IMG/VR virus record: IMGVR_UViG_3300014208_000039
Location: 10,827 to 74,826 of that record
Reading direction: 5' to 3' (one strand)
From: a virus
Lineage: Duplodnaviria; Caudoviricetes
DNA: 64,000 nt
In this document: positions 21,184 through 33,100 of the stretch, piece by piece
How the letters are laid out: the number at the start of each line of letters is the position of its first letter
Position numbering within the stretch: position 1 is the stretch's first letter
The notes under the pieces: model-generated
What the model was told of the DNA's origin: nothing
The model's database searches: none
The model's input: only the letters and a program-made list of their open reading frames with translations
Position numbers and translations under genes: made by a program

Positions 21184-22931
21184 TGAAAAAGAAGAAAATA
21201 TTATTGCCAACGAAAAAATTTTTTAAATCAGAAGAAGAAGATTTAAATATTTCTTTAAATTTAGATACAAAAGATAAACTATTAAGGGAAGGTGATAGAG
21301 ATATTATATTAAATATTAGTGATTTATTTGATGATGAAAGAAATAATAGTAACAACTATAAGATTTATGGTAAAATAAGGATGATTTACCGAAATATGTA
21401 TTCAGGAACAACAACTTATTCGCCATTGGTTCGTCATTTATATGTATCAGATGAAAATAGTAGTTTAAATGAGGGGTTTTTATCTTATAATGAGTATGGT
21501 TTTATTAGAAACGACACATTACATGAAGTTAACAATATAACACATAGTTCAATTGTTCCGATAATCCCAATTGACACAATGTTGAAAGGAACAGAATACA
21601 CTGGACATACTGTGACTACTAATTTTACTGCGCCATATAAAAATTGGAACTTATACCTTAGTTATGTTTACGGCCAAGACGAAAATTACCCAATGACATA
21701 CACTTTAACAGGTGGAACAAAATGTAACTTCGTTTCAGGAACAGGAATACCATTTAGGATTGAGCAAACAGGAAAGACTTATAAACTAACTTCACCTGTT
21801 GAACATGGGATGAGTGTTGGTGAATACATTGTATTGTCAGGTGATACATTATCAGGGTTAGAATCGGGTAGGACATTCAATATTTTAACCGTTGGGGATG
21901 AAACACATAATTCTGAAAAATATGTACTTGAAATTCCAAATGTTTACACAATAACGTCAACAATTGTGATAGGTAAAAGATGTTTAGACCCTAAAAATAT
22001 TAGTGGTACTTCATCGAAATATTATGTTCATAAACATAAAACAATAAGTGACGTTGCCGACTATATAATTGACAATGCAGGGTTTGAAAAATCAATTTGG
22101 GAAGAAGAAAGAAAGATATTATTTGAAAATGCTTTGAGTGAAACTGATGTTTTAGTTGAAAGAAACAGAATGGAATCATTATTATATGATTTCAAAGAAC
22201 CATTTGTTCTAAAAGACATTCTTAATAATTTAGGATACACCCCAACAGAGGTTTATGTAACAGTTATCAATAGAAACGGAAACGGATACTTCAATTATCC
22301 ACCAAAAGTCGGTTATAAATTTAATTTTCATAACACATGGATGGACGAACATTTTAACGGCTCATCATCTGAAGAAACAACAATTGGAAAACAAGTAATA
22401 ACAACCAATACAACTGGATATACTTTTACGGGTGGAACGGAATTGAATACAGGAACAACGTTAGTTGGAGCATTTGTAGAATATAATGAAAGTGAAATGA
22501 AAGAAAGAATTATTTCAGAATCGTTTCATAAAATAACTTTAAGACCTGATGTTTTCAATCATGGTCAAACTGGTAATGTTAATATGTTTACAGGTGCAAC
22601 GCCAACAAATCCATTCGGGTTTTATTACCAAACACATTATAGGGTTAAATTAAGACAACTTTCTCCTTATATTGAAACATCGGATACGGATAACGTTTAT
22701 AATTTACCTGAAAACACAAAATACAATGAATTAGAAAAGGTTTGGAAATGGAGAGATTTATACGATCATGGTTATGTTGACCCTGATGGTTTTGGAACGA
22801 ATTATCCCTTTACAAACAACACACACTATGTTAAAAACGACATAAATTTCTATTTCAGGAACGAAAGATATTTCACCAACAAGAAAGATGGAATAACGAA
22901 CTTCAATAATCGTAGATTAAAAATTTGTTAA
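21183..22931 (+). CDS. Putative virion structural protein
   Basis: 582-aa Thr/Gly-rich ORF, translationally coupled (TAATG) within the structural cluster. Confidence 0.5.
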   Translation: MKKKKILLPTKKFFKSEEEDLNISLNLDTKDKLLREGDRDIILNISDLFDDERNNSNNYKIYGKIRMIYRNMYSGTTTYSPLVRHLYVSDENSSLNEGFLSYNEYGFIRNDTLHEVNNITHSSIVPIIPIDTMLKGTEYTGHTVTTNFTAPYKNWNLYLSYVYGQDENYPMTYTLTGGTKCNFVSGTGIPFRIEQTGKTYKLTSPVEHGMSVGEYIVLSGDTLSGLESGRTFNILTVGDETHNSEKYVLEIPNVYTITSTIVIGKRCLDPKNISGTSSKYYVHKHKTISDVADYIIDNAGFEKSIWEEERKILFENALSETDVLVERNRMESLLYDFKEPFVLKDILNNLGYTPTEVYVTVINRNGNGYFNYPPKVGYKFNFHNTWMDEHFNGSSSEETTIGKQVITTNTTGYTFTGGTELNTGTTLVGAFVEYNESEMKERIISESFHKITLRPDVFNHGQTGNVNMFTGATPTNPFGFYYQTHYRVKLRQLSPYIETSDTDNVYNLPENTKYNELEKVWKWRDLYDHGYVDPDGFGTNYPFTNNTHYVKNDINFYFRNERYFTNKKDGITNFNNRRLKIC

Positions 22932-23728
22932 TGGAAATTTTAAGAAGTAACGAAGATAAAAAAATAATCATAAACCCTATACTTGATTTTAGTATTGATT
23001 TAGGTTGGGAAGAAAATTTTGCAGACTACGAAGACGAAGCTCTGAAGAAAGTTATTAACCCTGTTGAAAACTATGAAACCGTTAGGTTTATTCATAAAGA
23101 ATATCCTATCCCATTGTACAATAGTGAAAAACAATGTGATATATGGTACTATTTTTATTTTTTAACAGGTGGAACTGGATATACACAAAACTATGAAACT
23201 GTGGGAATTTCTCTTAGTGAAAACGCTAAAATGTTAAAACAATCAACTGAAAGTTTCTTCAGATTAGAATTCTATAAAACCCCAAATGGGGATTTGCCAA
23301 ATAGAACAAATAGAAGATTGGTCATGACAAGAAATTTAACCCTTCCATTAGGTGAAAAGTATTTTGATACAACAATTAATGATAATATATATATTCCTGT
23401 TTTTATGGGTTCAAACTTTAGAAATAAAGAAAATATGTATCAATTTTGGTTTAAAGACGACACTGCACTTGATGAAACTGAATTAACAGGTACGACATTT
23501 TGGATGACAGCTAAATTCTATAATGCGGATGACGGAAGTATAATTGATTTCGTTAATAAAAACGTAAATCTACCAACACCTGTCAATGAAAGGGTTGGAA
23601 TGAGCGGAAAACCTATTTTATTTTATGAAAAAGGAATTTCTGGCTCTGAAGTTAATGAAACTGAAGATTTATATTATAAGGTGATTATAGATAGAACCGA
23701 TTATTCTTATAGGGTAGAAAGATTTTAA
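22925..23728 (+). CDS. Putative virion structural protein (likely start ATG 22931)
   Basis: 267-aa ORF coupled to both neighbours. Confidence 0.5.
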   Translation: MLMEILRSNEDKKIIINPILDFSIDLGWEENFADYEDEALKKVINPVENYETVRFIHKEYPIPLYNSEKQCDIWYYFYFLTGGTGYTQNYETVGISLSENAKMLKQSTESFFRLEFYKTPNGDLPNRTNRRLVMTRNLTLPLGEKYFDTTINDNIYIPVFMGSNFRNKENMYQFWFKDDTALDETELTGTTFWMTAKFYNADDGSIIDFVNKNVNLPTPVNERVGMSGKPILFYEKGISGSEVNETEDLYYKVIIDRTDYSYRVERF

Positions 23729-23729
23729 A

Positions 23730-24833
23730 ATGGAAAAGAACAAATACGAAATATTACAAAAAAACATTCCTAATGTTGAATTAGTTTCATTAACTAGTCA
23801 AAATTGGTATGATTATAATCATGACCTTTTTCCTTGGTCGGGAACAACTACTGCCCCAAATATAAACGATATTGTTTATAATGTAACTGGTAGTACGGCT
23901 ACCGGATATTATAAATGGTTGGGTTCAACATGGACGGGAATCACTAAGAGTGAAGCATATGAAGATTTTGTAATTCCGATTTATTTGGAAAACACAATAA
24001 AAGATTTAGGGGTTTTAGTTGGATGGGACGGTCAAATAGAACAAGTAGAACAACTATGCAACTTTACATATAGTGGCGCCACAGGGTCAACTACTGTTAC
24101 CGTATCAAATGCTGTTAATCCGGATAAATTAAGAAAGATAGTTGACCAAAATTTTACGATAAATTGGGGTGATGGAACTACGGGAACAATTGGTTCAACA
24201 ATGTTTTCACAAATATCACACCCATATCCCATTACTGGAGGAACATACGAAGTTTCTATATATTTGGAATCACCTTGGACAACACAAAAATTAACTAAAA
24301 CAATTATAGTACCATTTATAGACCCAACTATTGTTGATAATGAATTTGGAACGTTTACGGGTTACACTATTACAGGTGGTACATTTGAACAGGATTATTT
24401 AAACGATTTAGACCTTAGCACAGGACAAACTTCGGGAACTACTTTTACTTATGTCGCAATAGGTGGAAGTAAAATTGACCAAAAAATATTATACGGACAA
24501 ACTTCGCCAACAGGAATAACAACGGGAACGACTGAAGGTTTATCATGGAGTGGATACACTATTGATGATTTTTATTATAGGGACTATGCTGATGGTTACA
24601 CAATGATAACAGGTTCAACGATAGGTGTTATAAAAGAAGAAATTCCTAATCTATGTTTAACAAGAAATGAACACTTTATAGGGTTCATAGATGAGCCAAC
24701 GGTTTATTCTGACATATTTGTTGAAAGGGGTAAACAAGGGGTTATGGAAAGAAATTTAAGATTAAGTGAAATTGACAATATTGGTGAATTAGAAATATAC
24801 GGAAACGGATATTTTAATATAAGAAAACAATAA
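23730..24833 (+). CDS. Putative structural protein with PKD-like domain
   Basis: FTINWGDGTTGT...SHPY...YEVSI matches the PKD WxxGDG signature. Confidence 0.55.
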   Translation: MEKNKYEILQKNIPNVELVSLTSQNWYDYNHDLFPWSGTTTAPNINDIVYNVTGSTATGYYKWLGSTWTGITKSEAYEDFVIPIYLENTIKDLGVLVGWDGQIEQVEQLCNFTYSGATGSTTVTVSNAVNPDKLRKIVDQNFTINWGDGTTGTIGSTMFSQISHPYPITGGTYEVSIYLESPWTTQKLTKTIIVPFIDPTIVDNEFGTFTGYTITGGTFEQDYLNDLDLSTGQTSGTTFTYVAIGGSKIDQKILYGQTSPTGITTGTTEGLSWSGYTIDDFYYRDYADGYTMITGSTIGVIKEEIPNLCLTRNEHFIGFIDEPTVYSDIFVERGKQGVMERNLRLSEIDNIGELEIYGNGYFNIRKQ

Positions 24834-24924
24834 CAAATGTATTTATTAAGTATGATCAAAGAAAATATAAAAAAGAGAACAAAATGCTCAATAAATAAAG
24901 AAGAATTATTAAAAATACAATAAA

Positions 24925-25848
24925 ATGGCACAGGGCAGTTATGGCAATATTAGACCAGCGGACGTATCACCAGCAGATTGTGAAATATTTTACTATTTTA
25001 CATCTGGAAGAACAGCGTCTGCATTAACCACATCATTAAGGTTCAAGAAGTTATCATCAGAAGATGTGTTAACACCTATTTTTTACGGTGATATGACTGA
25101 AAATGCAGAATTGCCAACTAACGAACTTATTGGTGGTTTATATAATTTAAAATTAACTTCTGATGATTTTTCTGACTTAGGAATTTACACATTACATATT
25201 AGACCAAAACAAATCAGGGCTCAAATTACCGATTGTGGTATTTTGGCTTCGCTACCTTCAGTAAGAGGGTTGGTTATCGATTTATCACAAACAACGTTGA
25301 ATGATGACCGTAATAAATTCGTTCCACAGGGTTTAGTGGGATATAGAATCGAATATCTTAACGATGATGGTACAAAGATACCTAATTTCTTTAGAATCGT
25401 TACATCGTCATTTTATTGTACTCCAATTATGACAAATTCAACGAGTACAACACAAAAGTCCATTAGATATCAATATACTAACAATACTACAAATTTAATG
25501 TTCTTAACATTAACACCATCGTCAGCACCGTCTAGTAAACCTAACACCGTTCCGTCTATCGGCCAACCAAATCAAAAAATCATATTCAGTAACACGTATT
25601 TTAATCCTGTTACCGTAGAAATTGAAATGGTAGAACATGACGCAACAACATTAGGTCACGCATTATATGGTAACCAAAGTAAAGCGATTTCATCTGGTAT
25701 TTATACTATCTACGATAACAATAACAATATCTATAAACAATACAATCTATACGAAATTAAAGATGAACTTAATGAAACTTTATTCGAAATTAGAGAAGAA
25801 AGAAATGATATTGATGAATCGTTAAACTTTACTGAAATAACACAATAA
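24925..25848 (+). CDS. Putative virion structural protein
   Basis: 307-aa ORF in the structural cluster; no recognised enzymatic motif. Confidence 0.5.
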   Translation: MAQGSYGNIRPADVSPADCEIFYYFTSGRTASALTTSLRFKKLSSEDVLTPIFYGDMTENAELPTNELIGGLYNLKLTSDDFSDLGIYTLHIRPKQIRAQITDCGILASLPSVRGLVIDLSQTTLNDDRNKFVPQGLVGYRIEYLNDDGTKIPNFFRIVTSSFYCTPIMTNSTSTTQKSIRYQYTNNTTNLMFLTLTPSSAPSSKPNTVPSIGQPNQKIIFSNTYFNPVTVEIEMVEHDATTLGHALYGNQSKAISSGIYTIYDNNNNIYKQYNLYEIKDELNETLFEIREERNDIDESLNFTEITQ

Positions 25849-25855
25849 TTATTAA

Positions 25856-27144
25856 AAATAATATAGAAATTATAACTTTTCTATATTATTTAGATATTTA
25901 TAAATATGAAGTTAGTTGAACAACATATTTTCCATAAAACCAGTAATAGATTTAAATCTTTAGATAACATCTGTTTTTTATCAAAAAACTTATATAATTC
26001 GGCGTTATACAGAATAAAAAACGATTTCGATTCTAACGGAAAATGGTTAAGATATAATGAATTAGAAAAAGAATTTAGAACATCGGATCAAAAAGATTAT
26101 ATTTCTTTACCTAACAATTCTTCGCAACAAATTCTAATGCTACTTGATTCAAACCTTAAATCCTATTTTAAGGGTTTAAAATCATTTAAAAAATCTAAAA
26201 CATCTTTTAGTGGTTGTCCGAAATTTCCTTTTTATAAACATAAAACAAAAGGAAGAAATATAGTTGTTTTTACGTCAGTTCAATTTAGATTTAAAGATAA
26301 TAAAATTTTCTTTCCAAAAAAATCAGGTATTTCGCCATTATCAACAAAATTATCCAAAGACAGTAAAATACAACAAGTACGTGTTATACCTAAAAACGAT
26401 TTATACGTAATTGAAATTGTTTATAATTTCCAAGAAAAAATTAATTTAAATAAAAATAATGAATATTTGTCCATAGATTTAGGAATTAATAATTTAGCTT
26501 CATGTATAACAACGAAAGATGATATACCGTTTATTATAAACGGTAAACCGTTAAAATCAATAAATCAATATTATAATAAAAAGAAGTCATATTATCAGAG
26601 TAAATTAGAATTAAATAATAAAAAGAAATGTAGTAAAAGAATCACAAAATTAACAAATAAAAGGAATAATAAAATTAATGATTATTTACATAAGTCCAGT
26701 AAATTAATCATTAATTATTGTAAAGAAAACCAAATTGATAATTTGGTCTTAGGTAAAAATATAGGCTGGAAACAGGAAGTTAAATTGGGTAAGAAGAACA
26801 ATCAGAATTTTGTTCAGATTCCGTTTAATAAGTTTGAGTCGTATCTAAGTTATAAGTGTATTAAGGAAGGAATAAACTTTTTATTAAGAGAAGAAAGTTA
26901 TACATCAAAAGCAAGTTCATTGGATATGGATTTTATTCCAAATTTTGATTCAAAAGAAGATCATATTTTTTCGGGAAAAAGAATTAAAAGAGGGTTATAT
27001 AAAACTTGTGATGGAACGTTACTTAATGCGGATATTAATGGAAGTATTAATATATTAAGAAAAGAAATTGGGGACGATTGGTTAAAACCAATAATACTCA
27101 ATAGAGGGTTCGTGGTTAACCCAATAAAGGTGTCACCTTTATAA
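25856..27144 (+). mobile_element. Non-autonomous IS200/IS605-like (solo tnpB, IS1341-type) element
   Basis: 14-bp perfect hairpin at 25856-25891 upstream; hairpins at 27106-27122 and 27124-27142 overlapping the ORF end; no tnpA nearby. Exact ends not defined. Confidence 0.6.
25906..27144 (+). CDS. tnpB: TnpB RNA-guided endonuclease family protein
   Basis: CFLSKNLYNSALY, RuvC-I SIDLGINNLA, KRNNKINDYLHKSSK, IGWKQEVKLGKKNNQNFVQIPF, EESYTSKAS, RuvC-III NADINGSINILRK. Confidence 0.9.
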   Translation: MKLVEQHIFHKTSNRFKSLDNICFLSKNLYNSALYRIKNDFDSNGKWLRYNELEKEFRTSDQKDYISLPNNSSQQILMLLDSNLKSYFKGLKSFKKSKTSFSGCPKFPFYKHKTKGRNIVVFTSVQFRFKDNKIFFPKKSGISPLSTKLSKDSKIQQVRVIPKNDLYVIEIVYNFQEKINLNKNNEYLSIDLGINNLASCITTKDDIPFIINGKPLKSINQYYNKKKSYYQSKLELNNKKKCSKRITKLTNKRNNKINDYLHKSSKLIINYCKENQIDNLVLGKNIGWKQEVKLGKKNNQNFVQIPFNKFESYLSYKCIKEGINFLLREESYTSKASSLDMDFIPNFDSKEDHIFSGKRIKRGLYKTCDGTLLNADINGSINILRKEIGDDWLKPIILNRGFVVNPIKVSPL

Positions 27145-27183
27145 AAATAAAATGAATATATTTATAAATAAGTTTTATTAATC

Positions 27184-30100
27184 ATGGTAGTAAGAAAAAA
27201 AGTTCCAAGTCAAGCGGCTAGTGGTGCAGATACTTTCAGCGACAGTTTAGTTGGTAGACAAGTAACGGACGGTACTAGTGAGTTAACCAACACGAATTTT
27301 GAATTAGATAGGGTTTTCCCTGAAAAAGATAGCAAGAATTTTAGGTCTGCAGCTTTCTCGGAATTTTTAACGCTCGATGATTTAAAACTTGAAAGTGATG
27401 CTGTTAGTACGACTGACAACGAACAAGATGACAATAAAATCAAATTCAAACAATCCAAGGATAACGGAAGTAAATCGATATTTGGTTCATTAAAAAGTAG
27501 AATCAATGTATCAATTAATCGAATCATTACCAAATTCCCTGCTGCGGTACTTGCCGACTCGGAAACGTCAGTTAGAACAAACATCTACACTGCGTCAGGA
27601 ATTACATATGATATTGAATCAAATACAACTGAATTTTATTTAGAGTCGTCAATTCTTTATAACCCATTCGGAATTTTATTAACAACACCTTCAGGTAATC
27701 CGGATATAAATTCGGATAATCCAATTAGAAATTTCTATTCTTCATATACAAAATATGTTATAGAAATCACAGGTAGTACATATGACGTTTTAGAATATAC
27801 TGAACCTACCAGTTCAAACCTAATTAAATTAAAAGTTAAGGGTAATCCTTTTCAATCAAATACAACATATACTGAAAGTTATCTTATTAGACCTAATAAC
27901 GGAATTTCAGAAGGATTTTTCAAAGGTTTAGATGACTTAGAACAGGTAATATTAAATAGGGATACAAATCCTATATACAATGCAACATTTAGAATTCCAC
28001 AAGATAGTTTTGACCAATCTAAAACAAATTTAGTTGAAGTCAGGGTTAATTGGCCTGTTGCAAAAGATAATTGGAACATAAAAATACATGGTATCGACTA
28101 TATCAATTATGTTGATAAAATCGGTAGTATTGCTGATGAAATTGATGATTATAAATCTAACTTATTCGTTAGGTTTATGACTGCACCCCAATTATTTGAA
28201 TTTGATAGTGATGATCAAAAAGCTCAAGCTGTTTTTCAATTATATGGTCAAAGTTTTGATAGGGTAAAAAAATATATTGATAATATTGCGTTTATGCGTA
28301 ATGTTAGTTATGACGGTATTGAAAATTTACCAGATATTTTATTGAAAAATCTTTCAACAACATTAGGTTTTGAAACTATTAATCTAACTGAAAACACAAC
28401 TATTGACGATTTACTATATAAAAAACAGGATAATACCTTCTCAGGATTATCGATTGGTAGTAATATAATTGATGGCGAATATGAGTTTTACAGAAGATTA
28501 TTAGTAAATTTGGCTTATCTGTATAAATCAAAAGGTACTCGTCAATCAATCGAATTTTTTTTACGTTTCATTGGTGCACCAGAACCGATGATAAAGTTTA
28601 ATGAGTATACATATAAAATTAAATCGTACCCAAAATCATATAATCTTGAAAAAGACATTTATGATGTTATTGCGGGAACTAAATCAACCACAATAGCGGA
28701 GTTCAACCCAACAGGATACACATATAGCACGGTAACAACAACCACTTCAATAAATTTAACAAGGGAAGAATACCCTGTTATTGAATATACAAACACGCCA
28801 AGGTCATTTTATAGTAACACATATGAAATGTTCTTCCAAAAAGGAGCTGGATGGTATGAATCAACATTAGGCCATCGTTCAAGTGATATTCTTGACGAAG
28901 AAAATTCGGTTCTTACTGGTAGAACTAAAACGTTAAAAACTAAATCAAGTGATTTTACATTTGGTGAAGATTATTTTGACGCGTATAGGACTTTACCTGG
29001 GTTAGATACGGGTTATGAAATTGAATCATCGGTTGATAATATTAAAGGTATCGTTAGTGATATTATTCCTAACGATATGTTTAATAGAAAAAATATTAGT
29101 GTGTATATTACATCGGCAAATGCTGTTGATTATGATATATATAGAAAATCTAGAGATTTATCGATATCCTTTGGATCAGCAACTTTATTACCACAAACAG
29201 GTGTAACATTTGCTGAATATGCCGACAGAATTTTACATGAACAAATTACAAATTCTAATACGATAAAATACACAAAGAATTACATCAAATTAGAAGACAT
29301 TTATAGGGATTATATCAATAGTACAGGATTTACACCATATTACTTAGGCGATCTTAATGAGTTTGTTAATTTAATGGGGACAAATTGGTCAAAATTATTA
29401 GATCAAATTATTCCATCAAGTACTTTATGGACGGGTGGTAATCTTATCGAAAATAATAGATTTGGAAGACCAAAATATCAATATCGTTTAGGTTGTCAAC
29501 CAAAAGAATTTAATGAAGATGTTTATCCGGATTTTCAAACAACAATTGAAGAAGATATTGAAAATTTAGTTGGGGATATTAATAATTTTAGGGGATTATC
29601 TCAATTAACTGGAGTGAGCTTTTATCCTGTTATTGAAATTGATGGTGAAATTTATCCTAAAAGCGGTGATACAGATAATTTTAAAATAAATATTACAAGC
29701 GGTGATCTATTCAATGGATTTTCGTTAAATACTTGTAATCCAGTCAATCAAGATAATCTTCCATTAGTGTGTGATTATAAACTTACTTTGGATATCGATT
29801 ATGATTTAATCAAATTACAATGGAAACAAAAATTAATAGATTTAATTGATTATATTAATAATATTACAACGGGTTATACTGCTGGGTATTATAATTATCA
29901 ACCATTTTTAAATGCATCGGGTATCGGCCCAACAACATTAACACCAACTGGAATTCCTAAATTAAACTATGAATTCTATACTGATATTAACGGTATAGAA
30001 AAAATTAAATTTACTTCTATCAAATATAGTACTAACGAATGTTCTGTTTTAGAATATTTTGATTATAGATTTACTAGTGAATTCGATACAATTAAAAATG

Positions 30101-33100
30101 TGTGTTCAATTGACGCTACTATTCAATCTGAAGGTAGTCATTATTCGGGTGGAACAGGTAGTACATTATGTTTATTAAATAATGATATCTATTTCAATTT
30201 TAACGGAGTTGGACCAATTACTATCTTTGGAACTTGTAACCCAACACCAAATCCTACAACCGTTTCAGGTAAAACGTTGGATTATTATGGTTGTACGTTT
30301 GTTTTAAGAGACGTAAATGAAAATGATAAAATTGATTTATTATTTACCGATATAACCAATTGTGATTTAAAGATAAAAGTTGAAGGATTAGGTATAAATT
30401 GGATAAATAGTGATGAATATGTTATAGTACCTAAAGTACAATATAGGCAATCTTATGATTACGGTTTAAAAAACGACTCATATGTTTTAGTGAGTGGAAT
30501 GACTATTACATCAAAGATGGTAGATCAATTAGTTGTGGGTGATGTTATTCTTATGTATGACTATAATAGTAATTACATTAGTAACCAACTATTAAAAGAT
30601 GGAATTACAAATAACGATTTATCGTTTATAAGACAATATGTACCGAAAACAATTTCAGACATAGATTGTTTAGCTTCAAACAAAAAATATATAATTAACG
30701 GAAATATTGAAGTTCTACCAACTAGTAAAATGTTTGTTTATACTAAACAATATGTAGATATAGATGGTAATGTTTCCGATAATGGTAGTTATTTCTTTGA
30801 TTATAGATTTCCAGAATATTTAAAAATTAGAACAACAGGTACAACCGATAATTCATGTTGTGGTGAGAGTAATATTAATAATGGGGATTATTTAATTGGT
30901 TCGGATGGTAAGATGATTGAAATTCTCACTTTGGAATTAGATTATTGTGATTCAGAACTTTATTATAATATTAATGTAACCGACGATTCAGGTTTAGAAT
31001 TTTTAACCGTATTTAACGGAATGATAACAGGTACAACAGTAATGATTGGACATAATTATGTACCATTTACTACAATGGACGAAGAGTTATCACAAACATA
31101 TGATAACGGTTCTTGTGTTGTTACTGATCCTGATAGAAATTATATAATTCCATGTACAGGTACACCTATTGTAAATTGTGATATTGTCGGATTTGCACTA
31201 TGGGTCGATAATGTCCCAACTCCTACACCGACTCACACTCCAACATTAACGCCAACATCAACCCCAACACCAACATCAACCCCAACTTCCACCCCTACAT
31301 TGACACCAACATATACAACAACACCAACGTTAACTCCTACACATATTGTAAACTGTTTAATAGATGGTTATGCAGAATTTATGAACCCAACGCCAACACC
31401 TACCCCAACTATAACCACAACATCCACACCTACAATTACACCACAACCAACAGAAACAGCAACTCCGACTCCAACGACAACATCAACAACAACATTAACA
31501 CCAACGTCTACCCCTACATTGACGCCAACAAATACTCCGACTTTAACTCCAACTCAAACATATACACCTACTTTAACGCCAACGGTAACTGGCGCCCCTG
31601 TCTATACCTGTGACACCGAAATACCAACATGGATTGAAGGTGAAAATTACGGTAAAGTAATTGTTATTTTAGGCCCTGAAGAGGGTATGGTGACATTTGA
31701 TTATGAACCTGTTATTATTAAAGATAATTTTATTATAACAGATGAAAATGGTAATTATTTAACTAGCACTGGATTTGTTGGAGATAGTGGAACTACACAA
31801 TTCTGTAAAACAAGTGGATATACATATGTGTTTGTGGAAGTATTACCAGAGGTACCAATTGGATCAATTTGGAAATTTAAATTAAGTTGCCCAACTGGAC
31901 CATGTACAACTGCAGCACCAGTACCAACACAAACTCAGACTCCAACATTAACAAATACACTTACACTTACCCCAACATTAACGCCAACAAATACGCCTAC
32001 TGTAACTAGTACTCCTACCCCTACGCCAACATTAACAGCAACACAAACTCCAACATTAACACAAACCTTAACATCAACCTTAACATCAACGCCAACCCCA
32101 ACAAATACACTTACGTCAACTTTAACGTCGACCCCAACTCCAACTCTAACATCTACGCCAACTCTAACATCTACACCTACTCTAACATCTACACCTACGC
32201 CAACATTAACGCCAACGCCAACACTAACTCCAACATTGACACAAACCCTTACACAAACCCATACACAAACAAGTACGAGAACACCCACTCACACATCTAC
32301 GCCAACCAGGACAAGTACTTCAACGTTAACTGCCACTCATACTCCAACATTAACGCCCACGTTAACTCTTACATCTACTCCAACATTAACGGCTACATTA
32401 ACTTCAACGCTCACACAAACAATTACAGGTGGACTAACACCCACACCAACTTCAACTCCTACAATTACGCCGACTTTAACTGAAACGCCAACATCTACAC
32501 CAACATTGACGTCAACATCTACACCAACTATGACGCCAACTATGACGCCAACTTTAACATCAACAAATACGTCAACATTAACGCCAACAAATACACCTAC
32601 TGTAACTAGTACTCCTACCCCTACGCCAACATTAACAGCAACACAAACTCCAACGTTAACGCAAACCTTAACATCAACCTTAACATCAACGCCAACACAA
32701 ACTATTACAGAAGGATTAACACCTACGCCTACATCAACACCAACGACTACGCCAACTCTAACGCCTACTTTAACATCTACCCCCACACTAACAATTACCG
32801 CGACAAACACATCTACCACAACACCTACTTTAACACCAACCCTAACACCTACTTTAACACCAACTCAAACATATACCCCAACAAGAACTGGAACGCCAAC
32901 ACCCACGCCAACAAGAACAAGTACTCAAACACCAACGTTAACGCCTACCCTTACACCTACCCTTACACCTTCAGCCACAGCAGTAATAGAATTTTTGGCG
33001 GCATTTGCCCTCGATAGTCTTACATGTGAAACTACAGATATAGCGGATGATCCACCAACGATTGTTTTGAATTCAGTAACAAATAGTGGATATAATTATA

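Noticed and set aside
25906-27144. TnpB as a Cas12f CRISPR effector
   Set aside because: No CRISPR array or cas genes adjacent; sequence and terminal hairpins fit IS200/IS605 TnpB.
31935-32819. Val/Gly-rich minus-strand ORFs (also 39768-39983)
   Set aside because: Antisense read-through of ACN/CCN Thr/Pro codons; not independent genes.
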